Assembly (NCBI GenBank): GCA_040954595.2
Contig: CM082586.2
Coordinates: 6,434,509-6,498,508, forward strand
Direction of reading: 5' to 3'
Origin: Balanoglossus misakiensis
Taxonomy: Eukaryota; Animalia; Hemichordata
Length of the DNA: 64,000 bases
The position numbers were made by a program, and so were the translations under genes. Shown piece by piece: positions 34,901-48,084 of the stretch (positions within the stretch are counted from its first letter, which is position 1; every line of letters starts with the position of its first letter). A model generated the notes under the pieces. That model was not told the origin of the DNA. It worked only from the letters and a program-made list of their open reading frames with translations, and did not search any database.

Positions 34901-37900
34901 AGCGGTTGCCGTGGTGACCAGTGAGTGATGCTGGGGAGACTTATACTCAGATTGTCCAGATGTGTTGTTACAAATGTTATGGAAGCACCTGGATGCGAGA
35001 TGTTATGGGAAGGAAATCTGGAAAAATTTTCGTGGGAAAAAAATCCATCTTCGGTCACCAGTTCTAAGTTTTGCATTAATACTGGAGATTTGGTTTGTGT
35101 GCTTTAACAGCAGAGTACTATATTCACTCCTTCTATGCGTATTTGTCGCTGAGTGAACAGCTACCTCTCAGAGAGGCTGTGAGGCAAGCTCATGTTCTTT
35201 GTATACTAAACCACATAATGAATGTTGCAATCACCATCCCACAATACAGCTTACGAGGGAAGCAGTTGCCAACAGCAAAACTAGGGACTCTCGGTCTGAT
35301 CTGATTGGCTATGCCGTGATCTCTCTCTCTCTATATATATACATAACAGCTGATCTGCATAAAGACCTTTAACTTGTTGATAAACAGTATTTATGGAAAG
35401 AGTGAAAAATATCTTACCCGCCACATCTCAGTATACATCTGTGGCCAAATAAACACTGCCAGTGATATTTTCTGTAGTTTGCACCTTGAACATTAGTCTT
35501 AAAGTTTTTTTCTTATACTAGTATTGTGCTCCAGGCAACGTGAATGAAAGATCCAAATTGTCTCAATTTTGGAATTCAAAATGGCCGCCAATTAATGCAC
35601 TATCTGTATGTGATTTTTACGAAAAAGGGATGGTAAATACCTTGTTTTATTTCTTCGTTTTCAAAAAGACCCTTGACATACCGAAAAGAGAAAGAGAGGA
35701 ATTCTTGAAATGCACTATCAGTTTCATCAACTGCATTTGTGTTTTAGAAGTATAAAAATTGACCTTGAAATTCAACAAAATTGCTGTAAATACTAGCACT
35801 GCCATGTTGTAGTTCATGTTCCAAGCTTTTCACTCCCACCTATTTACTGAAATATATCTATCCACTAAAATGTAAATAAATACATTCACATGATTTACCT
35901 ACAATTGCATGTACACAGGCATTGCTTTTTCTGGGCATTTCAGTTCAAAGTTTATCATTTTTGAAGTTCATTTACTGTTCATGCCTTGTAATATAGCAAG
36001 CATAGTTTGTTGTGTTACGTTCATCATGTATCAAAAACTCACCCCTTTCACCATTATGGTTCAGTCCAACATGCATTGTTTTCTGTGGTAATGTTGGACC
36101 TCTAAAGTGGGAATTGGGGGTGAAAGGTATAAGCATTTAGCAGAAGATTTGTTGGTGTACAGTTTGATTCTATGCCCAATAGAGCCAAGAAAAGCAGTTC
36201 TTACAAATTTGGTGTGAAGAAGCTCAGTTGATCGGAAATACAAAGTTCTTTCTGTACTTGCTGGTAACATTTGCCAAGCATTTGAAGGAAAACTGTATTT
36301 ATCATGTGGAAAAGGCTGTAAAGTGACGTCATCGATTCTGTATATCTCAGATTTTGCCTGTGCCGTGACTCTCTTTCAAGAGTGACAGTGAATGGAGTGG
36401 GCATGAACTGGCCATGCGATCCCCAAGAATCTTGGGTGTCACCGTTTGGTTCGACGATGACGTTCTTGAAGTCGCACCACATTAATTGTGAAATTAATAA
36501 TGAATGGCAGTTCACATGTCAGATTGGACCACAGCGAGAGATTCAACGAAATATGATAGTTTCAAATTACATGTGACTTTAAGAGCTTCAAATTACATCA
36601 TGTACATGGTAGAGCTCGAGCTACAGACAGAAAAGGCGTTTGCAAAAGCGCCCTCAAGAGATTTGTAAATAAATTACCTTGTTTTTACAGATATCGCCAT
36701 TTATTTTCACCCATACAGCAGTTATGATGTCTGTATTTTGAACGTGTTCCACCACTTGTAATTTATAAAGTACTAAACTGATAGTTCCTGTTGAAGTTTT
36801 GTGTCGTCTTTAGAATAAACAAGGTTTGATCTAAAGTATTCCTTTGTATCTACATTCTGCGGAAGTTTTTTTGTTGGAGTTATTGGGAGCTCATTATTAG
36901 ATTTGATGCAAGTTTGAGTATATTGGGAAATCCTGTGTTTCTCTCATAACATGATCTGTGATACTGATAGCATGGAAATTATCACAAGTCACTACTAAAC
37001 AAGTTCTCGTGCTCAGAAAGCTTGTATGCACAACTCATGCGTTCGTCTAGAATTTCAGCATTGTCACTTCAAGCATAGACTGTGTTCTCGTGGGTCCGTG
37101 TTTCAAGCAGAGCCGTGGCGCGGAAAGAAGTATCTTGAAAACAAGAGGCAACTTAAGATATAACTCTAGGTGGCGCCATAACTTGTAAACCCCACAGTAA
37201 TATGAAGTCAACATTGCCAGACCACTAAAAACGGGTAAAAACAATTCAAAAGAGTGTAATCAACTAATATTTATGACCCCAAGTGACCCTGCCAATAAAC
37301 AAATGGCCTCTACAATAATGACGTTTTGTTTGCCGTCTACTCTTGCTGATTCTCAAATATTTGCGTTCGAGTGACACCGAATTTAGGTCAGATCACCAAC
37401 TACAGATTACAAACTGCTCGCATTGCCTCTTGAGACACAGTACTGCACAGTGGGGCTTGCCCGTTTAAACAAATGCCAAATTCTTCAAGTTTTATTGATA
37501 GATATATTACATTGCCGTCATATATCGTTTTTGAATGTTTGTTCGCAAGGTCAAAGATGCGACGATAACAGAATCCAATTTTCAGTGGCAAACTGCAAAA
37601 TATCGCAGTAGTGTGATCTACACGACAATATTGATCTAGACATTACATTATAGATAGGAAAAAATGCATGCAAATTATCTATATTCTTATCATGATAGAA
37701 GGGAAATTTTTCAGTTTACACTCGTTATGTCGAAGCATCGTATCTGAGCTTGTTGTTTGAACTGGAAACATGGACATTGCAAGTGAAATTGCATAAGGTT
37801 TTGACGACCATCTTCAGCTGTTATTTATAGCATCGGCTCTATAAAAGTCTGAAAACATTCCAAATCGCATGCCATCATCACAACGACACATAAAGGCAAT

Positions 37901-39194
37901 AGCTTTTTGGAAGCATGAATACCCTACGTTGCCATATTGTCGCTCTATATATATAGTATTGTGTCGTGTGCCTGTTGTTAATAGGATTCGCGATATCACT
38001 CGTCCACACGGGTTCTTGTGTCCGTCGACAATTGTCATTGCTCCACATATTCCGCTGGGCCAAATGTCACCTGTGTCGGGTCATTGCATGTTAAAGGGGA
38101 GATTTATACCCTTTTATATTCCAGTTGGTGAAGTTGACATGTCTAGTAGAACATGTCCATGTACTTGATAATAGGCGATTTGGGTCATGGAAACATCTCA
38201 CTATTTACACGCGATCAACTTCATGCAAAAATAATTACACATCCACAAACCAATGGCGTAGGTTGAAACAAGCATATTTATTTAATTATTTTATAGAAAA
38301 AAATCAGCTGTTTTTTTAAGTAAAGGCTAACGACAGATTAGACGAAAAAAAGCCGTCACCACAAGAGAATTCTAGCAAACAATGTGAAGCGTGAATAACA
38401 GAGCCTACATCGATTACAATCACTTGTTGTCACTCTCATATCAGGTTAATCAAGCCCAGGTAGACCAACAAAGAGGGCCAAAGAAACCAATCAGTCAAAC
38501 CGAATCCTTCAAATTAACGGAGGGCAAATTCCGGTCGCAGTGTCGTCTTTGAAAGATCTCGGGCACGCGCAGTAACCGCCGTGGTAGCCGGATAAACGTA
38601 CTGGAGACCTGGCACCGTGAAAAAATGCAACGTAAATTATTTATCGAAGTGACAGCTATTTTCGGACAAGTGGCGATAATTCTCCTGAAGGCATGCATGC
38701 AGGGGGCAGTGGAGTAACTGTGTGCAGGGTTATAAAACAGTTTAGATGACAGGAGATAATTCTGATAACAATTTACTGCACTGACAACCAGGCTGGCCCG
38801 CTCCCCTGTCTGTGTTGATATCGCGCATGATTGACCGTAAATTGGGACCGCAATTGAAATCTCCCAATGCCAGGCAATGCACGTGTATATTCTTCGAGGC
38901 AAGCATTAGTAAAGCCACAGTACATGTACGTGTAATAGAGGGACTGCGGTTAAGCTGACTGTAGGGCTAATGAGAAAAATACGCAATTATGTTTTACACG
39001 GACGTCAGTACTAGCGCTATTGGCCAAAGGTGCCGGGACGCAGAACCGATTTCTCACACAGGCTTTAGCGGTAACTCGCGCCATGATATGTACTGCGCGC
39101 TGCCATGTTGAAATTTTAGAAATCGCACCCACAGTTTTATGCAGAGAAGCGATTGGTTAGTTCCCCTTCGTACCACCTGTGGTACAGGTGAATA

Positions 39195-39423
39195 CCAGAA
39201 CGGGCCATTTTATGACCTCACCATGACCCCACATCGTGATAGTTTGCCTGAACGCGGTACTCAAAATTCAACAGCTGCCTCCTGTGGTCTTGCTTGAAAA
39301 TGTGTGTAGTTTCTAGAACTCCAGTCGGCCGCTGCAAAGTTGTTCATCAAATTGCAGGGCTCATACCAAAGAAAATGCCGACACTGTAAAAGGTCATGTA
39401 GGGTTCATGAAAATGGCCTGGTG
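39195..39423. mobile_element. Degenerate inverted-repeat element upstream of aquaporin 2
   Basis: GGCCATTTTATGACCTCACCATGACC ... GGTCATGTAGGGTTCATGAAAATGGCC are imperfect reverse complements. Confidence 0.45.
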
Positions 39424-40212
39424 GGCAAAAAGATTATAATTTCACGAACCTTTTGAGTGTTTCTGGTCAGCGAGATATAATTCACTTTAGATTTTTTAAT
39501 GTCCTGAAAGTCGACAAACAAAACACAAACACAAGTACATGTAATGGAAGTTCGAATCCCAGTTGCTGTGGGTTATCACTCGGCACTTGACTGACCGTTA
39601 TTGAGAATATATTGTTTTATTGTTTAACGACACGTAAATAAATCGATACCGATCACACAAAAAGATATAAACAACCGAACTCACTGGCTGTGTTGTCAAA
39701 GGCTTGAACACAGGCTTGCTCTAAGTCTTGGAGCTTGCTCCATGCCCGAGTGTACGCCAGGTCACGTAACTGGGTCTAGGACGGATTTCACTGAAGTGTG
39801 CAGCGCTCGGACACGCCCACCGTGTTTTTCATGTTTACATAATTTATATGTACCCTTACGTACCTGCCACATATTGTCTGACTATTCCTAAACACACTTT
39901 AAAAGCAACGAGTGATTTTGTTTTCATGATTCATTTGAAAAGAACTTACAATGTCGTTTTACATTTGGCTTTTTCACTGTATATGTTTTTATTTTGATGG
40001 ACTGATCGGACATGTGTGGGGCCGGGGTCTATGGTGGGGTTGACAAATGGCTACGGAAACACAATTGCGTAATATATGGCTTCATATTCACGCGACACTA
40101 CATGTGGGTGTAGCCGGCCCAGTGCTGTCGTCCCGGTGATGTGGGCCTAGACACCGTATACCGAAGCCTACGACCGTGAAGTACCGTGAGGGGAAATCTG
40201 AAGCCAGTTTAA

Positions 40213-40386
40213 AGGTATACGGTCACCTATACAAATTTAGCGACAGTTACCATGGTAAATCGAGATCTAACCAATCACAGATTTTCAGTGGGTGGCACAC
40301 GCGAAAATAAAGCGTTCTTTAGAACACTCAAATACGCCATTTCAACTATATATGGCGATATGTAAATTGGAGGTGACCGTATACCT
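40213..40386. mobile_element. Kolobok-like MITE (TTAA target duplication, AG termini)
   Basis: Perfect 16-bp TIR AGGTATACGGTCACCT flanked by TTAA. Degenerate relatives at about 45234-45360 and 47560-47733. Confidence 0.85.
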
Positions 40387-40622
40387 TTAATTGATGAGAG
40401 AATTTACGTCTGGTGACATTGCCTATAAAATGTACTGAACAACACGGCAGGGAAAATTGGCTTGGCTTGCTGACAGAACTATGGCGAAGTTACAATGCAA
40501 ACCAAAATACAATTATCACCATTTCACAAAACTACTTAGCGAAACACAAACAGCTGCAGGGTATTGTGATTGGACCCAAGCTGTGAACGAAGGAATAGAC
40601 GTGTCAAATGCAATTTCACACT

Positions 40623-40666
40623 GTCGGATATGTAAATTAATCAGGTCGGATATGTAAATTAATCAG
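40623..40666. repeat. Exact 22-bp tandem duplication upstream of aquaporin 2
   Basis: GTCGGATATGTAAATTAATCAG twice. Confidence 0.92.
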
Positions 40667-41142
40667 CCACACATAGGGGTAATTACATTTTCAAGGTGTA
40701 AACTTGCCGCCATCGTGTTCTAACGCTCACAAAGTTAAAATTCCACAATATTGGTAAAAACATAAAACCACTTTTTGAGGTGTATGACACTAGCGTACAA
40801 CAGGTTTATAAATGGATGTTGTAACCGATAACGCAGGGCTTCGGAGATGACGCTGCACACGCCCCCCCCCCCCCCCCCACCGGTCGGTAACCAGGGCGTG
40901 AACTAATGACGGTGTTTCTTATTTGCATACAAGAAAGCAGAACGTCCACATGTCGGAGAATATAATAAAGCACTCGAGTTTGTTGTTATCCAATGAAAAA
41001 GGTCGGGAGTTGAGCAAAGGACTATTGTCGCGTAGAACATCAAACAGGAGGGAGCGTCAACGCCCGGTGTCAACGTTCTTTTTCTAAATTTCACTTCCAA
41101 ATCGTCGAGACCGTGACACACAGCAGACTGTCTTAATACAAG

Positions 41143-44100
41143 ATGGGTATCAGCAAAAACTTGTGGGATACGAAGGATCTCTCCACGCTCGTCTTCTGGC
41201 GCGCCGTCGTCGGAGAGACCTTAGCGACATTTCTCTTCGTTTTCATCGTCTGTACGGCAATCCTGCCCATACACGGAGTGGTCAACAACGGCCCGAAGAT
41301 ATTGCAGATCGCCTTCGCCGTCGGCCTGGCCATCGCCACGCTCGTCCACTGCTTTGCGGACATCTCAGGAGCGCACATCAACCCGGCCGTTACCGTGGCG
41401 ATGCTGTTTACAGCCCGGGCAGGTGTTTTTCGCGCCGTGTTCTACGTCGCCGCGCAGTGCGTCGGGGCGATAGGCGGGGCTGCTGTCGTTTATGCGTAAG
41501 TAATCTCAGCGTGAGTTATTAGCAAACTTCAAATATTTTTGAACAAGTATAATTTATGTTTGTGACTTTTATCAGCAGTCACTTTGAGCTATGCTTTCCA
41601 CAGCGGTTCCTGTTCAATCCCAACATCAAGCCTACTTGTATCATAGTGTAAAAGCCAAACACGTCTTTTTGCGTTATTATCGTCATTTTGATTTTAAATT
41701 TAGAACGGTCCAGTTAAATGTGCTATCTGATGGGTATTCACAACCATATGACATGTGCATGTATTAACCTCTGTGGCTGTACATTTAAATATGAATAAAT
41801 TAAATACCCGGTAATAAAAGGATGCCACACCCGTTTATTCAGCCACAAATTGCAAGGGTTTACAACAACATGTGGAATGCGCACACGCGGATCTCCACAA
41901 ATTCAAAATGGTGTCGTTTGTCGACTAAGGATAAGGTGGAGACTGAAAATTTCCATCTATTAAAAGTATGCTAATAGCTTCAGCTATTGGGGGCTTTAAC
42001 ATTTGAATCCAGCCATCAAAGGTGCCCATATACATTTCTTGACTTCCTGATCCCTGCCTGACCTTATAATCTTTGAGTAAATCTCTCCCCCGCGGGAGAA
42101 ATTGAACCGCTTAACCGACACAGAAGAAAACAAGAGACGTGAATTGTGAAGGTTACGAAAATGTTGTCCTTTTTCCATCTTATGGGACGCTGTAATAATA
42201 CCACACCGGGACGACCAAATTGCGTTGCCTGTTTAGTGAACGCCGGACCAAGAGAAAAAAGTTCATTTGGATAAAAACACATTACGTGACTGTATGTTTT
42301 CTACAATTGTAGTCATGAAACGATTCCGCCACTGCCTATAATAGGGTAACTATGTGGCGATGTAGAAAAGTTTCTTTAATGTACAGAGACAAAAAATCTT
42401 GGGTCAGTTGAAGACAAACTATTCAGTAACGGAAAGGGTACGACGTACAGAAAAAAAAACAAGTCGGTCGACTAAACATCTCTGGTAGGTTAATGACCTG
42501 CCCGGGACAATATAAAACGTAAGACCACTTTCATTGTGATGCACAGAGTGAATTCGCTTTGGGTTTAATCAGGTTTCATTTCTTTAATCACCTCCGCGTA
42601 GGCGTTTCCCTTGTAAACTGAATTACATGTACTTGTAATTTCCTGTTTAGTGTACTTAGTTCGTGTTCAGCGTTTCAGACATGGATAGAATCACCCTTTC
42701 CATATATGCAGAGCTCGGTTTGCGTTCTGTCTGGTTCTACTGTCGATAGCTGGGCGTTGAATGGCTGCCAGACTTTTATATGTTTGGTAAAGGTTTGAAT
42801 GTGTTTGAAAATGTCCACTGGCGTGTCAGTTTTTGAACACCAATACAACAGGTGTTTCTGTCCACCATGTACGTATTCACGTGACTCGGAAGAAAAGTAT
42901 CGCACAATTAAAATAATATTAGAAACTGTTTACTTAGAGCGTACGTATTCAAGTTTTTGAGAAACCTAGCCACGTCATTACGTTCTCTACTTACTAGTTT
43001 CTACAATTTAATATTGATGTTTCTAACCGTGTCTGTCTGTCTGCTTTGCGGGGTTTTGGAGACCTCAACCACTTGTTTGATTTTGTCGTAGTTATCACAT
43101 GTAGGTTCAGTATTCATGCATTTTGTAGGAACTGGGTTCGGTTTTGAGTATTGAATATACACAAGAGAACTCAGGAATATTGTCACACAGCCCGTCCTTG
43201 GGGATAGGTCACTGTATACGAAATTCTCCATTGTGCACTGATTCTCGCATCGTCATGCCCCGAATAAGATCTCTGACTCAAATATTTCTCGGTGATCTAA
43301 AATACAAGCGTGTATTGCCACTTGGCTTTGTCAGGAGCTAGTCAATTATCACGTGCTTGACAGAGACGGCTCCGTCCCAAGAATCACTTGTCCGTAATGT
43401 GGGCCAACATTCTCACATGCCTGGCTGGTTATCATTCGAAGGGTTGTTGCGCGGTCACAACGGTGACTGTTAAAGGGCGACGATCGTCTCATGCGCATGT
43501 GCCAGACTCTGGTTGCAAAAAAATGTATACAGTCCGTGCCAAAAGGCCATGTGCTGTACTAAAAACAGACAAGATGGCGGCGACCATAGTCAGCGTCGGA
43601 GATCGTGAAATGACAGCAAATTGGGTGAAAAGACGGGACGAAGCCAAACTATACACAGTGCAATGAAATATGGAAGGGAGCGAAGGCAAAGAAAAGAGGT
43701 GCAGTTTCATGAACTATATTTTTACTGCAAAATTCACAAAGAAAGATACCCCGGGGGGGGGGGGCATTTAGCACACGGCGTTTGTTATATTAACATGGTT
43801 TATGGAGCATTCGGATGTTTATACGATTCATCTTATTTTATGTACAGGTTAACACCCCCGGAGGGACGTGGAAACTTAGGCGTAACTCTGGTCAACGATT
43901 CGTTAACTGAGATCCAAGGATTTGGAATGGAATTTATGCTCACATTCGTGCTGGTGTTTACCGTCTTCGCTACTGTAGACCCTAAACGCAGTCTGACAGG
44001 GAGTCCGGCCCTCGCCATTGGAGTAGCTGTCTTAATCGACCATCTGATTGGCGTAAGTGTCTAATATGTCAAATTCGTATTGTTACATTACTGTGGCGTT

Positions 44101-44156
44101 CTTTTCGCTGCTGATGGAGACAATGAAGATGAGGAGGAGGAGGAGGAGGACGACGG

Positions 44157-44206
<50 letters not shown>

Positions 44207-45219
44207 GTAGTGGTGATTTTGGTGGCGATGGTGACATTTTCTTAGGAACCATTTTTTCTCATTTTCTATTCACCTGAGGGCAGTAAAATGAACCCAAGGT
44301 GTACCCTCTGATCACGTATATTTCGAAGCTGCAACGACGAACGTAATACTGCTAACAATAGAAACACAGCCTCTGAGCAATTGTAAAGCTATAGCCTTTG
44401 TTCGTACACGTACATGCCCATGTCTCTTATCATTTGAACCATTGTCTATTAAATCCAACAGCAGCCGAGATGAGCGTGTAGGCTGACGTTCATCTCACAT
44501 TCTTATATAGTCCCGTGACTGCTTCCCACGCATACAAGTCATGATCGACTCGGTGTGCTAAACAGTTCGCTTTTTCATGAAATGTTGTAGGTGAATCTCG
44601 ATTCATACAGTTGTTGGGTCGATTGTAATTGCAAATTTTCTCTAGTGATAGGGCAGTCAGTCACAGACGGGGGGTGGGGGGTCACTCAGCGGTCACAGAA
44701 GGGCGCCCTTTATTGAATGTACATTTTGTTCGTCTGTAGATCACTTACACCGGTGCAAGTATGAATCCAGCAAGATCCCTCGGACCAGCAGTAATCACCG
44801 CAAACTATCAAAATTTCTGGGTGAGTGCGCCAGCTAGAGTTCACCTTTTGTTAACCTTTGTTCTCCACGAGCTGTACATGTACAGAACAAATATTTAGAC
44901 CGTGCAGTCTTAGTTTATATTAAACGTTGTCATTCCGTTAATTACAAAAATGGCAATTATTTGATTTATGATATTTGTTTTTAAATCTAAATTATGATAT
45001 TTACCCGTCCCCCAGGTTTATTGGGCTGGTCCATTAGCTGGCGGGGTGGCAGCTGGATGGTTGTACGTGCTCGTTTTCGGCAAAACGTTGAAGACTTCGG
45101 GAGATTCGTACGCAGACAAGAAGAAAGACGACAACCACACAATAGTGCACTATGGAACAGACAACGGTGCCTATGTGGAGTCCAATACACAGACGCCAGA
45201 ATACGACACACCTCTGTAA
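41143..45219 (+). CDS. Aquaporin 2 of cluster (AQP4-like; 4 exons, about 280 aa)
   Basis: Exons 41143-41495, 43848-44052, 44740-44820, 45016-45219 (843 nt). Motifs [39 protein letters not shown]. Ends YDTPL*. Confidence 0.94.
44128..44206. repeat. Compound (GAG)n/(GAT)n microsatellite in aquaporin 2 intron 2
   Basis: Direct reading of the sequence. Confidence 0.95.
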
Positions 45220-45855
45220 AACTGCTACGCCGCTTAAAGGTATAAAAGTACTAGTAAATGTATCTCACAAAGGGGCGTGTCTAAGTGTTTGAATGACCAT
45301 GTGACCAGGTGGCGCACTTTTTTTGCGGTGGTTAAATTTGCATACGTGACCGTATACCTCTATAGAAAATGATTTCATCTGATCGCATTTCTCAAGAATA
45401 AAACACAATTTGTCACATATATGGCCAGTATCTGAACGTACTGTATTCAGATAAAGGCTGGTCAGAATTTAAAAATCCAACAATCCATGCACTAAGCGCA
45501 TATATTCTACTTTGATTTTGTTTATATTAAAATGCTACAGTACAATTTCTTCCGTTGATGGTTGCGGCTTACTTTGAATGAAATAACTAATCTCTGAAGT
45601 ATTATTATTTTTTCATCCTTTATTTGCCATCATTCTTTTCCTAACATTATTATTGAATTTCACTCTCATGTGAAATATTAAAATAACCTTATCCTCCAAG
45701 TTCTTTTCCCGTCCAGAATCCTGGCAACACTACCACTGGATTTTCGGTCGTTCAAAGAGGCTGACGTCATATCTGTTTTCCATGTATTTTGTCTGTCGTT
45801 CACTTTTGAACATTTCAGTTACCATACTTAATATACCATTTCATATATTCGTTAA

Positions 45856-46268
45856 GGATGTACGCGCAGAACATAAACCGGAAACAGTGCGCGCCGGGTC
45901 TTTTTCGCATAGGATTACATTGAAAATTGCTAGAAAACAAACTTGTACTATTGTCATTTTCACGAAATTTTACACATAGCTCAGTCCAGCAAATATAAAT
46001 TCATTGGTCAAATAAAATATAGGGGTCACCGCGCTCTATTTTTAGATAAATTGCGTCAAAAATTTTGCCCATAGACAAACCATTGGTGAAAAATGCTGAG
46101 TCAGCAGTTTTCTTCTATTATCGACTAAATTCATGGCTCTTTATTTCAAAAACAAGCGCGGTGACCCCTATATTTTATTACGGATTTTCATTATACATAC
46201 AAAGGAGAATCCAAAAATCCACAATTAAAAAAAATGACAATACTTTCAATTTTACTGAACGTACACCC
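45856..46268. mobile_element. Kolobok-like non-autonomous element with an internal 24-bp inverted repeat
   Basis: TTAA-GGATGTACG ... CGTACACCC-TTAA. Internal AATAAAATATAGGGGTCACCGCGC (46011-46034) has its perfect reverse complement at 46156-46179. Confidence 0.75.
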
Positions 46269-48084
46269 TTAAACGACACAATTTGATTTCATCAGCGTAG
46301 CTTTGTTGATGCGCTTCTCTGAATCAGAGTGGAGATGATTATGTTTTCAAGAAACCTGAAAATTTGTCATGTTTTGAATGACGTACATGTATATGCTTTT
46401 ATATATCTAAGTATACAAATTTCATTTAGCTCAAACATCAAAAGAAATTATTTCCACAACAAATTAGATTTTTTTAAATAACAACTTACCACAAGTACAA
46501 TTCTTCTCGTTATTGTTCACATATTATAATGTGTTTCAATAAGTTAGATAAAAGTATTTTTGTGTATTTTGAATGATTAATAAAACTTTAACTGTTTACG
46601 TATTTCCGAATGTCTCTCTCCAATGTTTATATAACGATGATAAAAACACGCATAAACGTCATAAACATCCCGTTCACAGCGCACCAAAACAGCTGGTGTA
46701 AAACATGACCAATCACGAAGCGCACAGTGCTCTCCTCTCAGCCAATCAACGATTGGAACGTGTACAGCTGCGTATAGAGATTTCCATTGGTTGAGAGTGG
46801 TCATGTGAATACATAGCTTCGCCAGGTGGTTTTATACAGTTGTACACGCCATTTCATTCGCGCCACTGACTTCACGGTCAACGCATCGTGTCGGATGACA
46901 GGATACCAAAACTCGTCAAGAAGCGAAACAGAAACCACGACGAGACTCGCAATGATGAATAGCTGTTCAAAGATTTTGGGAAATTTATAGGACACTGTCG
47001 AAAGAAAGGACCACTCCTTCATGTCTGTGGAAGTCTGAACCATCAAGCAATAGGTAAGCGTACACCCACCCTTTTACGTTACTGATCACGTGGCATGGTT
47101 ACATTTCCCCAGAACAAGATGGCGTCTCTGCACAGCCATGATGAATGTAAAACGCTTGTTCTTTGAATACTAAACTGTAATCTTGCCGTTATAAATGTAA
47201 CTGTTCGATCGTCTGCATGCGTGTTCCTTGTTCGACATCATGCTCTTGTGTTGGCCAATACATGTATCTAGATAACCCCCTCCAGCGAGTAATGAATAGA
47301 CAATACTACTGGTAGTCAGAATTTGAATCTGCCTGATGTTTTCCCCGTCTATTTTACCCCACGTCATCACACTAAAGAGGTCTGCCGTCCGCACTGAGAC
47401 AAAGGGGATGTTCAGTGTGGTGTAGTATTTTTTAATTAATACGTTTTATTGTGTTTTGATAAAAGTAGTTTTTACATACTTCCAATACTCCCGACGTTGT
47501 TACACAAGATATATAATAAAAATCTTGATTTTATGAAATTGTAGTTTCGTGGGATAACGGTAGACAATCACCTATTAAGCCACAGTTACCATAGCTACAA
47601 GTTGAGACTTAGCCAATTACAGATTTTCACGTAGTCGGCCACCCCAAAAAGCCATCAGACGACTTAGACACGTAATTTTAACCTTATATGGGCATATATA
47701 GATTAAAGGTTTAGAGTACTTGTATTCCTTTAATGCAAGGCATCCGACTGGGAATATGTTTGATACAAGAGTGTCCCATAACGTGAAAAAAAATCTACTG
47801 CAAATAACATACGAGTAGGGCTATCATACTGCTATGAGTATCACCTTAATATAACATAATAAGTAATTGATTGGTTCGAGGACTATTTTCACATACAGTC
47901 TGTCAGGGGTTAAACAGTTCTATACATTTGATACACACAGTTTTCTTTGTAAACTGAGCTAAACACATTGATTTTTTTCATCATCATGATACCCCGATTT
48001 GCTCCTCGCAAGTGATCACAGTTCTGTTTATTAAATTACCATCTCTGTCAACATAATCCCTTTCTGATATATAAGCACCTTGCT

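Noticed and set aside
36900-41100. Short ORFs in the intergenic region between aquaporins 1 and 2
   Set aside because: No recognisable domains and no consistent chain of splice sites.
44057-44277. ORFs encoding poly-Met or poly-Asp/Glu
   Set aside because: They are translations of an intronic (GAG)n/(GAT)n microsatellite.
46575-47000. CCAAT-rich, CpG-rich stretch between the convergent aquaporins 2 and 3
   Set aside because: It could be a transposon remnant or an enhancer, but I found no TIR, target duplication or credible ORF.
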